Positions 11,777-22,833 of a stretch of DNA of 64,000 bases are shown in pieces. Source of the DNA: Hormiphora californensis (Eukaryota; Animalia; Ctenophora). A program made the position numbers and the translations under genes. The DNA is taken from contig CM035350.1 of the NCBI GenBank assembly GCA_020137815.1, positions 992,001 to 1,056,000 of the forward strand. Reading direction: 5' to 3'. How positions within the stretch are numbered: the stretch's first letter is position 1; each line of letters begins with the position of its first letter. The notes below the pieces were generated by a model. It saw only the letters and a program-made list of their open reading frames with translations. It made no database searches and was not told the DNA's origin.

Positions 11777-14700
11777 GGTCAAAGTGGGAAAATTTCTTAG
11801 AGATAAGGAGGGTCAAAATGGGAAAGTTTCTTAGAGATAAGGAGGGTCAAAGTGGGAAAGTGTTTTAAAAATAAGGAGGGTCAAAGTGGGAAAGTTTCTT
11901 AGAGATAAGGAAGTTCAAAGTGGGAAAGTTTCTTAGAGATAAGGAGGGTCAAAGTGGGAAAGTTTCTTAGAGATAAGGAGGGTCAAAGTGGGAAAGTTTC
12001 TTAGAGATAAGGAGGGTCAAAGTGGGAAAGTTTCTTAGAGATAAGGAGGGTCAAAGTGGGAAAGTTTCTTAGAGATAAGGAGGGTCAAAGTGGGAAAGTT
12101 TCTTAGAGATAAGGAGGGTTAAAGTGGGAAAGTTTCTTAGAGATAAGGAGGGTCAAAGTGGGAAAATTTCTTAGAGATAAGGAGGGTCAAAGTGGGAAAG
12201 TGTCTTAGAGATAAGGAGGGTCAAAGTGGGAAAGTTTCTTAGAGATAAGGAGGGTCAAAGTGGGAAAGTGTCTTAGAGATAAGGAGGGTCAAAGTGGGAA
12301 AGTTTCTTAGAGATAAGGAGGGTCAAAGTGGGAAAGTTTCTTAGAGATAAGGAGGGTTAAAGTGGGAAAGTTTCTTAGAGATAAGGAGGGTCAAAGTGGG
12401 AAAGTTTCTTAGAGATAAGGAGGGTCAAAGTGGGAAAGTGTCTTAGAGATAAGGAGGGTCAAAGTGGGAAAGTTTCTTAGAGATAAGGAGGGTCAAAGTG
12501 GGAAAGTTTCTTAGAGATAAGGAGGGTTAAAGTGGGAAAGTTTCTTAGAGATAAGGAGGGTCAAAGTGGGAAAGTTTCTTAGAGATAAGGAGGGTCAAAG
12601 TGGGAAAGTTTCTTAGAGATAAGGAGGGTCAAAGCCCCCCGGTCAAAGTGGGAAAGTTTCTTAGAGATAAGGAGGGTCAAAGTGGGAAAGTTTCTTAGAG
12701 ATAAGGAGGGTCAAAGTGGGAAAGTTTCTTAGAGATAAGGAGGGTCAAAGTGGGAAAGTTTCTTAGAGATAAGGAGGGTCAAAGTGGGAAAGTTTCTTAG
12801 AGATAAGGAGGGTCAAAGTGGGAAAGTTTCTTAGAGATAAGGAGGGTCAAAGTGGGAAAGTTTCTTAGAGATAAGGAGGGTCAAAGTGGGAAAGTTTCTT
12901 AGAGATAAGGAGGGTTCAAGTGGGAAAGTTTCTTAGAGATAAGGAGGGTCAAAGTGGGAAAGTTTCTTAGAGATAAGGAGGGTAAAAGTGGGAAAGTGTC
13001 TTAGAGATAAGGAGGGTCAAAGTGGGAAAGTTTCTTAGAGATAAGGATGGTCAAAGTGGGAAAGTTTCTTAGAGATAAGGAGGGTTAAAGTGGGAAAGTT
13101 TCTTAGAGATAAGGAGGGTCAAAGTGGGAAAGTTTCTTAGAGATAAGGAGGGTCAAAGTGGGAAAGTTTCTTAGAGATAAGGAGGGTCAAAGTGGGAAAG
13201 TTTCTTAGAGATAAGGAGGGTCAAAGTGGGAAAGTTTCTTAGAGATAAGGAGGGTCAAAGTGGGAAAGTTTCTTAGAGATTAGAAGGTCAAAGTGGGACA
13301 AGTTTCTTAGAGATAAGGAGGTTCAAAGTGGGAAAGTTTCTTAGAGATAAGGAGGTCAAAGTGGGAAAGTTTCTTAGAGATAAGGAGGGTCAAAGTGGGA
13401 AAGTTTCTTAGAGATAAGGAGGGTCAAAGTGGGAAAGTTTCTTAGAGATAAGGAGGGTCAAAGTGGGAAAGTTTCTTAGAGATAAGGAGGGTCAAAGTGG
13501 GAAAGTTTCTTAGAGATAAGGAGGTTCAAAGTGGGAAAGTTTCTTAGAGATAAGGAGGGTCAAAGTGGGAAAGTTTCTTAGAGATAAGGAGGGTCAAAGT
13601 GGGAAAGTTTCTTAGAGATAAGGAGGGTCAAAGTGGGAAAGTTTCTTAGAGATAAGGAGGTCAAAGTGGGAAAGTTTCTTAGAGATAAGGAGGTCAAAGT
13701 GGGAAAGTTTCTTAGAGATTAGAAGGTCAAAGTGGGACAAGTTTCTTAGAGATAAGGAGGTTCAAAGTGGGAAAGTTTCTTAGAGATAAGGAGGGTCAAA
13801 GTGGGAAAGTTTCTTAGAGATAAGGAGGGTCAAAGTGGGAAAGTTTCTTAGAGATAAGGAGGGTCAAAGTGGGAAAGTTTCTTAGAGATAAGGAGGGTCA
13901 AAGTGGGAAAGTTTCTTAGAGATAAGGAGGGTCAAAGTGGGAAAGTTTCTTAGAGATAAGGAGGGTCAAAGTGGGAAAGTTTCTTAGAGATAAGGAGGGT
14001 CAAAGTGGGAAAGTTTCTTAGAGATAAGGAGGGTCAAAAGTGGGAAAGTTTCTTAGAGATAAGGAGGGTCAAAGTGGGAAAGTTTCTTAGAGATAAGGAG
14101 GTTCAAAGTGGGAAAGTTTCTTAGAGATAAGAAGGGTCAAAGTGGGAAAGTTTCTTAGAGATAAGGAGGGTCAAAGTGGAAAGTTTCTTAGAGATAAGGA
14201 GGTTCAAAGTGGGACAGTTTCTTAAAGATAAGGAGGGTAAAAGTGGGAAAGTTTCTTAGAGATTAGGAAGGTCAAAGTGGGAAAGTTTCTTAGAGATAAG
14301 GAGGTTCAAAGTGGGAACGTTTCTTAGAGATAAGGAGGGTCAAAGTGGGAAAGTTTCTTAGAGATAAGGAGGGTCAAAGTGGGAAAGTTTCTTAGAGATT
14401 AGAAGGTCAAAGTGGGACAAGTTTCTTAGAGATAAGGAGGTTCAAAGTGGGAACTTTTCTTAGAGATAAGGAGGGTCAAAGTGGGAAAGTTTCTTAGAGA
14501 TAAGGAGGGTCAAAGTGGGAAAGTTTCTTAGAGATAAGGAGGTTCAAAGTGGGACAGTTTCTTAGAGATAAGGAGGGTAAAAGTGGGAAAGTTTCTTAGA
14601 GATTAGAAGGTCAAAGTGGGACAAGTTTCTTAGAGATAAGGAGGTTCAAAGTGGGAACGTTTCTTAGAGATAAGGAGGGTCAAAGTGGGAAAGTTTCTTA

Positions 14701-15005
14701 GAGATAAGGAGGGTCAAAGTGGGAAAGTTTCTTAGAGATTAGAAGGTCAAAGTGGGACAAGTTTCTTAGAGATAAGGAGGTTCAAAGTGGGAACGTTTCT
14801 TAGAGATAAGGAGGGTCAAAGTGGGAAAGTTTCTTAGAGATAAGGAGGGTCAAAGTGGGAAAGTTTCTTAGAGATAAGGAGGGTCAAAGTGGGAAAGTTT
14901 CTTAGAGATAAGGAGGGTCAAAGTGGGAAAGTTTCTTAGAGATAAGGAGGGTCAAATTGGGAAAGTTTCTTAGAGATAAGGAGGGTCAAAGTGGGAACGT
15001 TTCTT
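11777..15005 (+). repeat. Satellite array, 34-bp unit (ggtcaaagtgggaaagtttcttagagataaggag), roughly 95 copies
   Basis: Directly visible head-to-tail repeats with few variants and no unique spacers; one interruption (cccccc) at about 12635. Confidence 0.98.
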
Positions 15006-15546
15006 ACTAATTTCCAATTTTTGTAAATCCCTATTCCCTCACAACCCCCACTTGTTCTCACACTACGGCAAAAAACCGCAAATCTCCAGAAAGAGCACAA
15101 TTTTGGTTTAACGAATTTTGTGGAGAAACGCGTTATACTGTGTTCCTCTGTTCTACCCACCACTATTTTAACAGCCTTTTGACCGTTAGTTAGGACCACT
15201 ATTGGTGCGCGGTCGTGCCCACGGAAGGAGTGTTTAAACGACTCTAATTAGATAACTACAAAAGATAAAAACTATCTGAAAGTTGAGACTGCAAATTTGG
15301 ACGATTCTCTGTCCACACAAGAAGTTTCAAAGCCCCAGCCCTTCATATAAGGGCTGTGTTTAGGTCCTCTTTTTTGTCACTTTAAAACGTCTTTTTTCAC
15401 TGTTTTTCGGTCATAACTCGTGATTGGATTGTCAGAACATCACCCAAATGGCTACAGACACTTTTGGATAATGGGTATGCATTAGTTACTAGGCGGGAAA
15501 TACTACATCAAAAACAATATCATCCAAGTAGGATAGCGCTATTTAA

Positions 15547-16102
15547 AGGCCCTCTGACCCGAAAATCAATTTTCTATTTTTGACTTATTATGACACTACA
15601 TGGAAAATCATGAACAATGATGTATGTCCCACCTCATATGGTTATCTCTAAGGGGTCTAATTAGGTGTTGACAGGTGTGGAACTTCTCTCCCTTGCTATA
15701 ACGGGAAACAGCATATGGGAAGGGGGGCTCTTTGTATTTATGTGTAAAAGTTTACATTGTGTTCAGTTTATTGTCATCTGCGATGATTTATGACTTATTT
15801 AAATACAAATCATTCACTAAGTTGAAGAAACATGTTTTTAGATTTCCTTTTTATGTATCATGGATAAATTACGATATCACACTTGTCAGTAATCTCATTG
15901 TTTGTAAATGTACTCAATTTTTATGTGTAAACACAAAGGGGGAGAGATCTCATGTGCTGTCTCAGCTCGGAAGGGGGCAACCTTTTAACACCTAATTAGA
16001 GGGGGAAGGAGGAACCCGTAGAGTGTGAGATAACCTGGAATCTTCATGATTTTTCACATACTATCAATTTAGACAAAGTTGTTTTTTCGAGTCAGAGGAC
16101 CT
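15547..16102. mobile_element. Kolobok-type MITE with TTAA target-site duplication
   Basis: ttaa|AGGCCCTCTGACCCGAAAA at the left end and TTTTCGAGTCAGAGGACCT|ttaa at the right end. TTAA TSD with AGG termini is the Kolobok/T2-MITE pattern. Confidence 0.75.
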
Positions 16103-16332
16103 TTAAATGCCCCCTACATGAACTATAACTACACAATCTTGTTGTAAAGCTAGCCGCTTTTGGAGAGAGGGCTGTTGAGGATGAAAGAGGATGTGAAGAT
16201 GAATCTGACTCCCAGCAGCAGAACTTGTGCTGCGCCGTAAATGCGGACAGTTAAAAAGCGGACTATAAATTGATATTTTGTATTGTATTGTATTAAAACC
16301 GGTTTCAAGATGATCCAAGCACTCCTTCCGTG

Positions 16333-18252
16333 TTTAAGTTTAAGTTTAAGTTTAAGTTTAATCACTATTTATCACAAAGTCAATATTAAAATATTAAAAC
16401 CTTGTCCCGCTCTTACACCAAACATATTTAATATAAATAGATATAAAAAATAAGCTACAAGGCTGATGTGAAAGCACCAGCGGTTACCTAAAGCGGGTTA
16501 AGCTAGTTCACGATACAATGAGGCAGATAACATCAGCATAAACTGCACAATTAAATAACTGAGATACAACGGCTTTTGAAAAAGTGCACAAACAAACCAA
16601 CACAGCCCGCAGACAAACAAAACGAACAAACAAACAACCAAACAAATAAATAAGCAAACAAACAAACAAATAAGTTAACACTAAACAGACAGGCAAACAA
16701 GAAAGTTAACAAACAAGCATACATACAAACAAACAAACAAAAGAACAGTCAAATAAATAAATAAACAAACAGGTACAAGTGAACATCAAAATAATAACAA
16801 CAGACATAATATCAGATGAGACACACACGGTTAATAAGTAATAATAGAGTTCAGCATCACGAATAGTTTATTGTCCATACATGGCATAGTTTTTTATCGG
16901 TAAAAACGTTAAAACGGTATGTATGGATCTTCTTTCTTCTTTCGTTTCTCCCTTTAGACTCAGTCAATCTGGAACCTCATCTACTCAGACTCTACACAAA
17001 CTCGTAGGCCAAGATACACTTAAAACAGAAAAAACACACTAAAAATTCTCACTACTCTGGCTTGGATGATCCCTCTACTAAGTCTCATGAAGATGTAGGA
17101 AGGACAGGGAAATGGTAAATGTAGCAGGTTAAGGAGGGGGGAGCAGCAGGTTAGGGAGGAAGCAGCAGTGCAGGTTAAGGAGGATGTAGCAGGTTATGGA
17201 GGGAGCAGCAAGTTGAGGAGGATGTAGCAGGTTTCAGGAGGGAGCAGCAGTGCAGGTTAAGGAGGGAGCAGCAGTGCAGGTTAAGGAGGGAGCAGCAGGT
17301 TAAGGAGGGAGCAGGAGGTTTCAGGAGGGAGCAGCAGGTTAAGGAGGGAGTAGCAGGTTAAGGAGGGAGTAGCAGGTTAAGGAGGAAGCAGCAGTGCAGG
17401 TTAAGGAGGGAGCAGCAGTGCAGGTTAAGGAGGGAGCAGCAGGTTAAGGAGGATGTAGCAGGTTAAGGAGGATGTAGCAGGTTAAGGAGGGAGCAGCAGG
17501 TTAAGGAGGAATTAGCAGGTTTCAGGAGGGAGCAGCAGTGCAGGTTAAGGAGGGAGCAGCAGGTTAGGGAGGGAGCAGCAGGTTAGGGAGGGGGGAGCAG
17601 CAGGTTAAGGAGGGAGCAGCAGTGCAGGTTGAGGAGGGAGCAGCAGGTTTCAGGAGGGAGCAGCAGTGCAGGTTAATGAGGATGTACCAGGTTAAGGAGG
17701 ATGTACCAGGTTAAGGAGGATGTACCAGGTTAGGCCTTAGGGAGGAAGCAGCAGGCTGCAGGTTAGGGAGGAAGCAACAGGTCAGTGATGCAGCAGCAGG
17801 TTCAAAGGGAAAGGAGAAGGGTCAGGGGAAATCAGCAGTCGTAGGCCATCCTAAACAAACAGGTCTTCAAAGATTTCTTGAAAGAAGACAGTGTTTCTGA
17901 GTTGCGTATCTGCTCAGGAAGGCGGTTCCACATTTTTGGAGCGGCTACACTGAAAGCTCTCTCTGTTGCTTTGTAGTTGCATGTACTGTGCACCTCTTCT
18001 AGTCTCGTTGTATCAGTATCCACTCGCAGACATTTAGCCTTTGGTTTACGCTTTTGAACCATGTCTGCCATGTATCCGGGTGTGTCGTTGTTAAGTGACT
18101 TATAGACTAGCAGACATATCTTGTACTCGATTCTGTGTCTAATGGGTAGAAAGTGGCACTTCTTACGGAGATCAGTAACACCTCGTCTACTTCGTTGGCC
18201 AAATATAAAACGAGTTGCAGAATTTTGTAGCTTCTGCAAGCGCCTCACATCA
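16333..18252 (-). mobile_element. 5'-truncated L2/CR1-group LINE with long repetitive 3' region and (TTAAAC)n tail
   Basis: ORF 17832-18248 is a typical L2/Crack ORF2 C-terminus (LQKLQNSATRFI..HFLPIRHRIEYK..RAFSVAAPKMWNRLP..IR....LSSFKKSLKTCLF). Tandem tail at 16333-16361; cgtg duplicated at both ends. Confidence 0.8.
17120..17790 (+). repeat. Degenerate minisatellite (gcaggttaaggagggagca, about 19-24 bp) inside the LINE 3' region
   Basis: Direct observation of imperfect tandem units. Confidence 0.9.
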
Positions 18253-20748
18253 CGTGGGCACGACCGCGCACCAATAGTGGTCCTGACTACGTTTCAAACT
18301 CCTCACTCTTCGCGAGGAGCCTTAGCTTGGCAAACGCCGCTGGCCCCCGATAACAGCGCGGGATAAGGCAGCGCTTTTCAACGAGGAGTCAGGAGCCAGG
18401 TCAAAATTCAAAAATCAAAATGCAAAAATTTAAAAATCTTGCGTTTTTGAAAAATTAAATAAACAAAATTTCGAATAATATAGCGCGCGCGCGTAAGAAC
18501 GCGCAAAAACATAACGCGCGACAAAAATTGCTAGTCTTTGATCTGGCGCGGTATATTTGAACCCTTGAAATCAAACAAATAGTCAAAACAGATTGAGTTA
18601 GAAACATGTAATCTTGAAACAAAGTTGGTTTTATGTTCTATTTACAGAAGGATCCTGGATCATTGCAATAGTTGCCATGCTACGCAGTACGCAGTCTATC
18701 CATTCGGCCCCTTCGGGCTTGCGTAAGTTGCCTAGCTAGACTGTGTTTCGCTTTACAAATGTAAAGGAGAGTTAGAACATAGCAACGCGTAAGCTCACAC
18801 CAGGCCTTCGGTGTGAGAGCCGACAGACTGGGAACATGTCAATGCAATAGGTACTGAATTAGACTGAATGAACAAAAACCACAGCCTATACCCTCTATTC
18901 AGGCTGTGACAGACCCCATTTTGATTCTCAGAGCGCTCAGATCGTGTCGGCTCCGCCGGGCTGTAACTTAATTTTACATGAAAATGCAATTCCTTGCTGC
19001 AAATTAAGATTCATAGGGCCACTGTGGAAGAGGGACTGCAGGGAACGCTTTAGCTCTGGTCATTTGATCCGTTTTCCTGTAATACGATAAGCTCGTTTGG
19101 AACCACCAGGTGTGAACTACAGAAACTCTCAGTCACAATGTTCCCTGGCCTTAGCAGTAGTTTGTATCAATTTTCAAGCTTGAAATACTCTGACACTCTT
19201 CAGCTCTTCTGCTCAAACATGGTACGGGTAGTTCTTAATTTAAAAAGAAGCTGCTCTCTACATGAATCATCCAGTGAAATCAAAAAGGAATGCTAATTTA
19301 AGAAATTAGATTTTAGTACTTAGACTTTAACAATTCATATTACGTCGCGTCCAGAAATCAAACTCAAAAACAATTAGCTGATTAAGAATCAGAAGTAGCG
19401 ACTGTGACTGTGAGGGAGGACGAGACTTGGTGAAGATGTCATTAAATGAACTAAAAATTTAGCTCATCTTGCTGCTTGCTACCATGTACCTACCTACCAA
19501 AATATTTGTTTTCTGGGTGATCAGGCCGATATGTTATACTTATAGACGGTGCCAATATGCAGTAGGATAATTTACTTGCAGTACCACTGAATATGGTTAC
19601 AAAACTAGGGTGTGATATTACATGCCAGGATTCCATTTTTAACTTCACTAACTATAACTCAATTAGCATGCTGGTTCTACCGCTGTCTGCGTGTAACTGT
19701 TCGTCTGTGCATGTGCTGCTTATCTCCTGGCATTCTTGTTGCTGGGGTGTCAAATTCAATAATTATCCGGAACATTCTTTTAGCATGATTCCTATATGCG
19801 TGATCAGAATTCACATATTCAAGTCCATATTCGAAGGGTCCGGTAATCTCGCTTATTTTGGGACTTGGGTTGATATTTCCCGTATTTGCTTGGCCAGATG
19901 TTTCATCATATAATTCTGTGGTCAATAAACTTTAATATCATTGAACTTTAGCGAATATTAACTCTTCAGCGATTAGTTTAGATGATTCTTTTGCTTCTGT
20001 TAGTCTGATCTCTGCTACTCAACTATTCGTCCCTCAACATACCCCTCTCGTATTATTATGGTGGTCTCTCGTATTATTATGGTGGTCAGTGGTCACGGCT
20101 GCAAATCATAGTGTCGAATATAGGTAATCTTTCTTCGTCCAATGAAATTGAATGGGTCGTTCTCTTTTTATTCTTCATCTCTCTCTGGCCCAGCCCTTTC
20201 CCCTATCTCTCTCTCTCTCTCTCTCTCTTGCCAATCTTATTATACTCCTTCATTCAGTAGGTGTCCGGGGCTCTCAAACATTCTTAGCAGTCAGCTCCAA
20301 TTTGTTAATTGGCATTTCGTGCTTGCGAGGAGGAGGACAACTCAGCACTGGGCGCTCCTATTTGAATGTACCTGTGAAGTTGCACCAGCTGTTCTCTTCA
20401 CTAGTATTAGTTCTCTCGGCTGTATGGATCAATTTGTATAGCGGTATCTAGGAGGAGAGGGCAGGAAGACCCTTTATTCAAGGAACTGGGCGTGGAAAAG
20501 AAAGGGGGTCATTATCATTGTGGCACGTAGCTAAAAATAAACCTTCATTATTTCTTTCCATGTTGACCTTCTATATTTTTTTATGACAGGTTGAGAAGTA
20601 AAGGAACTATGGGAGGGGACAATGGGAGATTGAGAAATAGATTGCACCAGTAGAGAAATTATGATAATGTGAGGGGAGGGGAGTTGCACCTGCTGTCCCC
20701 ACACCCACTGCAGCAGCTGCCGCTCTTACATGATGCTGTCTTCGTGGA

Positions 20749-20834
<86 letters not shown>

Positions 20835-20989
20835 TGTGGAATAGAGAGTAGGGGAGCTAGAAAAACCTCTTGGAGTTGTTAGTTCGATAGTTCATATAAA
20901 ATTTCAAATAATTTTACAGTGCTGCTGCAGTTATCTAGTTCTACAGTGAGCTTTATGTTTCCAGCAAAGTGTCTATACCACCACATCCC

Positions 20990-21108
<119 letters not shown>

Positions 21109-21513
21109 CCTCTTTCTCTTTGACTTTCTCTCCTAACAATGTGAATATCCATTGTGTACCCTCATGAGTCATGGTCCCATTCCCCGGATGTACCCCTGCT
21201 TTGTTTCTCCAGATGAACTGCAGATTGTTACACTGAGATGCTGCATAGCACCATTCTGTTATGTTCCTCACACAATTGTAGTATTGGAGAGTTGAACCCT
21301 TCCGCTATTTGTCTCAGTGTCTGTCACAGTCATAGTATGATCCTAAACCTCAGAATCACATGGTCCTATCGACAACCTTCCAGAATATGATCATACTTCC
21401 AGAATACTTCCAGAATCTCTTGTCTCATATAACACCTGACAAAGAATCTCATAGTACTTTCTGAGAAAGTACCCTTTCTCCCTGCTGAGATTGTGTTCCT
21501 GGTATGGGCTGTC

Positions 21514-21823
21514 TGTTAGTGATCCCTGTACACAGATCAAACAAGATTCTTCGGGTTTTCAAACAATGTCCACTCACAGCAAGACACATCGCTTATATCT
21601 CAATATTCCACACGTGGCCCCTCCCGCGTGAGCGGGGTGAAACCATAATAAGACTAATAGGAGGGAGGCCGCGAGATTACACTCTCCCTGGTACCGACAT
21701 CTCGATAGGGGTGAAACCCTAGTAAGACCTAATAGGAGGGAGGCCTCGAGATTACACTCTCCCTGGTACCGACATCTCAAATATCAGTGGATATAAGTAT
21801 GATCTAATTGCACAATCCCAATA
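21514..21823 (-). repeat. 3' LTR of Gypsy element
   Basis: Matches 28432-28741 by eye; contains an internal duplicated motif taataggagggaggcc.cgagattacactctccctggtaccgacatctc. Confidence 0.95.
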
Positions 21824-22128
21824 TCTCAGTCCCTCCAAATATATAAAATAGAGTCAATAAAAGTGTTTCCCAATATCTCAGTCCCTCCAAATATATAAAA
21901 TAAAGTCCATAAAAGTGTTTCCCAATATCTCAGTCCGTCTGAACGTGAGGTAGTCATAGCGTGACAAAGGTCACGTACTATGTTGGCGGAGAGATCAGAT
22001 GTCGGTGAAGAGATCCGATGTCGGTGAAGAGGTCCGATGTCGATGTAGATCAGGTTAGGATATCCGATGACCCCGAGTCCAATAACATGGAGTCTAAAGT
22101 TGCTTGAGTAGAGGTGATTAAGCGGGAC

Positions 22129-22136
22129 TATATAAG
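22129..22136 (+). promoter_or_regulatory. Candidate TATA box (TATATAAG) for the antisense ORF of the Gypsy element
   Basis: TATATAAG lies about 39 bp before the ATG at 22168 (context caaaATG) and is preceded by 19-bp tandem motifs gatgtcggtgaagag(a/g)tcc at about 21990-22045. Confidence 0.5.
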
Positions 22137-22167
22137 ATGTTCAGGGATTCCGATACATCACCCCAAA

Positions 22168-22821
22168 ATGTATACTTCTGAATCTGACAGCGGCTTGTCC
22201 GATACATCCCAGCAGAGGAGCAGGCCCATACGGAGCAGAGGACGTGTCTTGAGTTCGTCGTCATCCTCTTCTACATCATCTACTTCCTCCTCATCATCTG
22301 CTTCCTCCTCATCATCGGCGTCACAAAGTCCACCGCCGCCCCCGTCTACCCCGCACCCGGATGTACTGCAGAGGTTAGAGGATCCCTGTGAGCCGACATC
22401 TACCCCCGTCTATGACCGAGTGATAGGAGGCGTCCCTACTGTACTGCAAGAAGATCTACAACAAGCCCTCCGACCAATGGTGGAGGTAGCCAATCTGGAG
22501 TTGGTAATGGGGCTCCGTGGTTCTTCTACAATCGAGGACATACTGAAGAGGATAGACGAGCATGCCCAGCGGGTAGAGGTCTTGGTTCGCCAGGGTAGAA
22601 GGCTGGCTTTGGAGAGGGCCCGACTGTACAATTTAGGGGTCGAGAGATTGTACCATGTGGAAGTCCAACGTGTCCGGTTTGCCGTATACCGTAGGCTGTC
22701 CGAGTGGCACCGGGCAGTGCGAACTGTTGTCCAAGGAGGAGAGAGGTCCAAGAAAACAGTGTTAGAGGAGTTGATTAACGCTAATAACCTCAGTTATTGT
22801 GTGTTGTGTTTACGGTTTTAG
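22168..22821 (+). CDS. Antisense accessory ORF (217 aa) inside the Gypsy element between pol and the 3' LTR; unknown function
   Basis: Open frame MYTSESDSG...SYCVLCLRF*. Poly-Ser/Pro N-terminus, amphipathic helical core and terminal CxxC. The stop lies 12 bp from the pol stop, and it does not overlap pol, so it is not a shadow ORF. Confidence 0.7.
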   Translation: MYTSESDSGLSDTSQQRSRPIRSRGRVLSSSSSSSTSSTSSSSSASSSSSASQSPPPPPSTPHPDVLQRLEDPCEPTSTPVYDRVIGGVPTVLQEDLQQALRPMVEVANLELVMGLRGSSTIEDILKRIDEHAQRVEVLVRQGRRLALERARLYNLGVERLYHVEVQRVRFAVYRRLSEWHRAVRTVVQGGERSKKTVLEELINANNLSYCVLCLRF

Positions 22822-22833
22822 AGTGACAGCGTA

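Larger units (their letters stand above)
15187..18289. mobile_element. Non-autonomous TIR DNA transposon (TAG...CTA termini, about 46-bp TIRs, candidate 3-bp TSD CGT; Academ-like) carrying nested insertions
   Basis: Left TIR tagttaggaccactattggtgcgcggtcgtgcccacggaaggagtg (15187-15232). Its reverse complement is split into cactccttccgtg (16320-16332) and cgtgggcacgaccgcgcaccaatagtggtcctgacta (18253-18289). CGT flanks both ends. Superfamily assignment is inference. Confidence 0.6.

Noticed and set aside
11777-15005. 34-bp repeat array as a CRISPR array
   Set aside because: Units are contiguous with no unique spacers, no cas genes, and the context is eukaryotic.
21504-21780. Small ORFs duplicated at 21504/28431 and 21574/28492
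   Set aside because: Incidental frames within the two LTRs.
22114-22821. env gene of an endogenous retrovirus
   Set aside because: Wrong strand, and no signal peptide, furin site or TM anchor; kept as an antisense accessory ORF instead.
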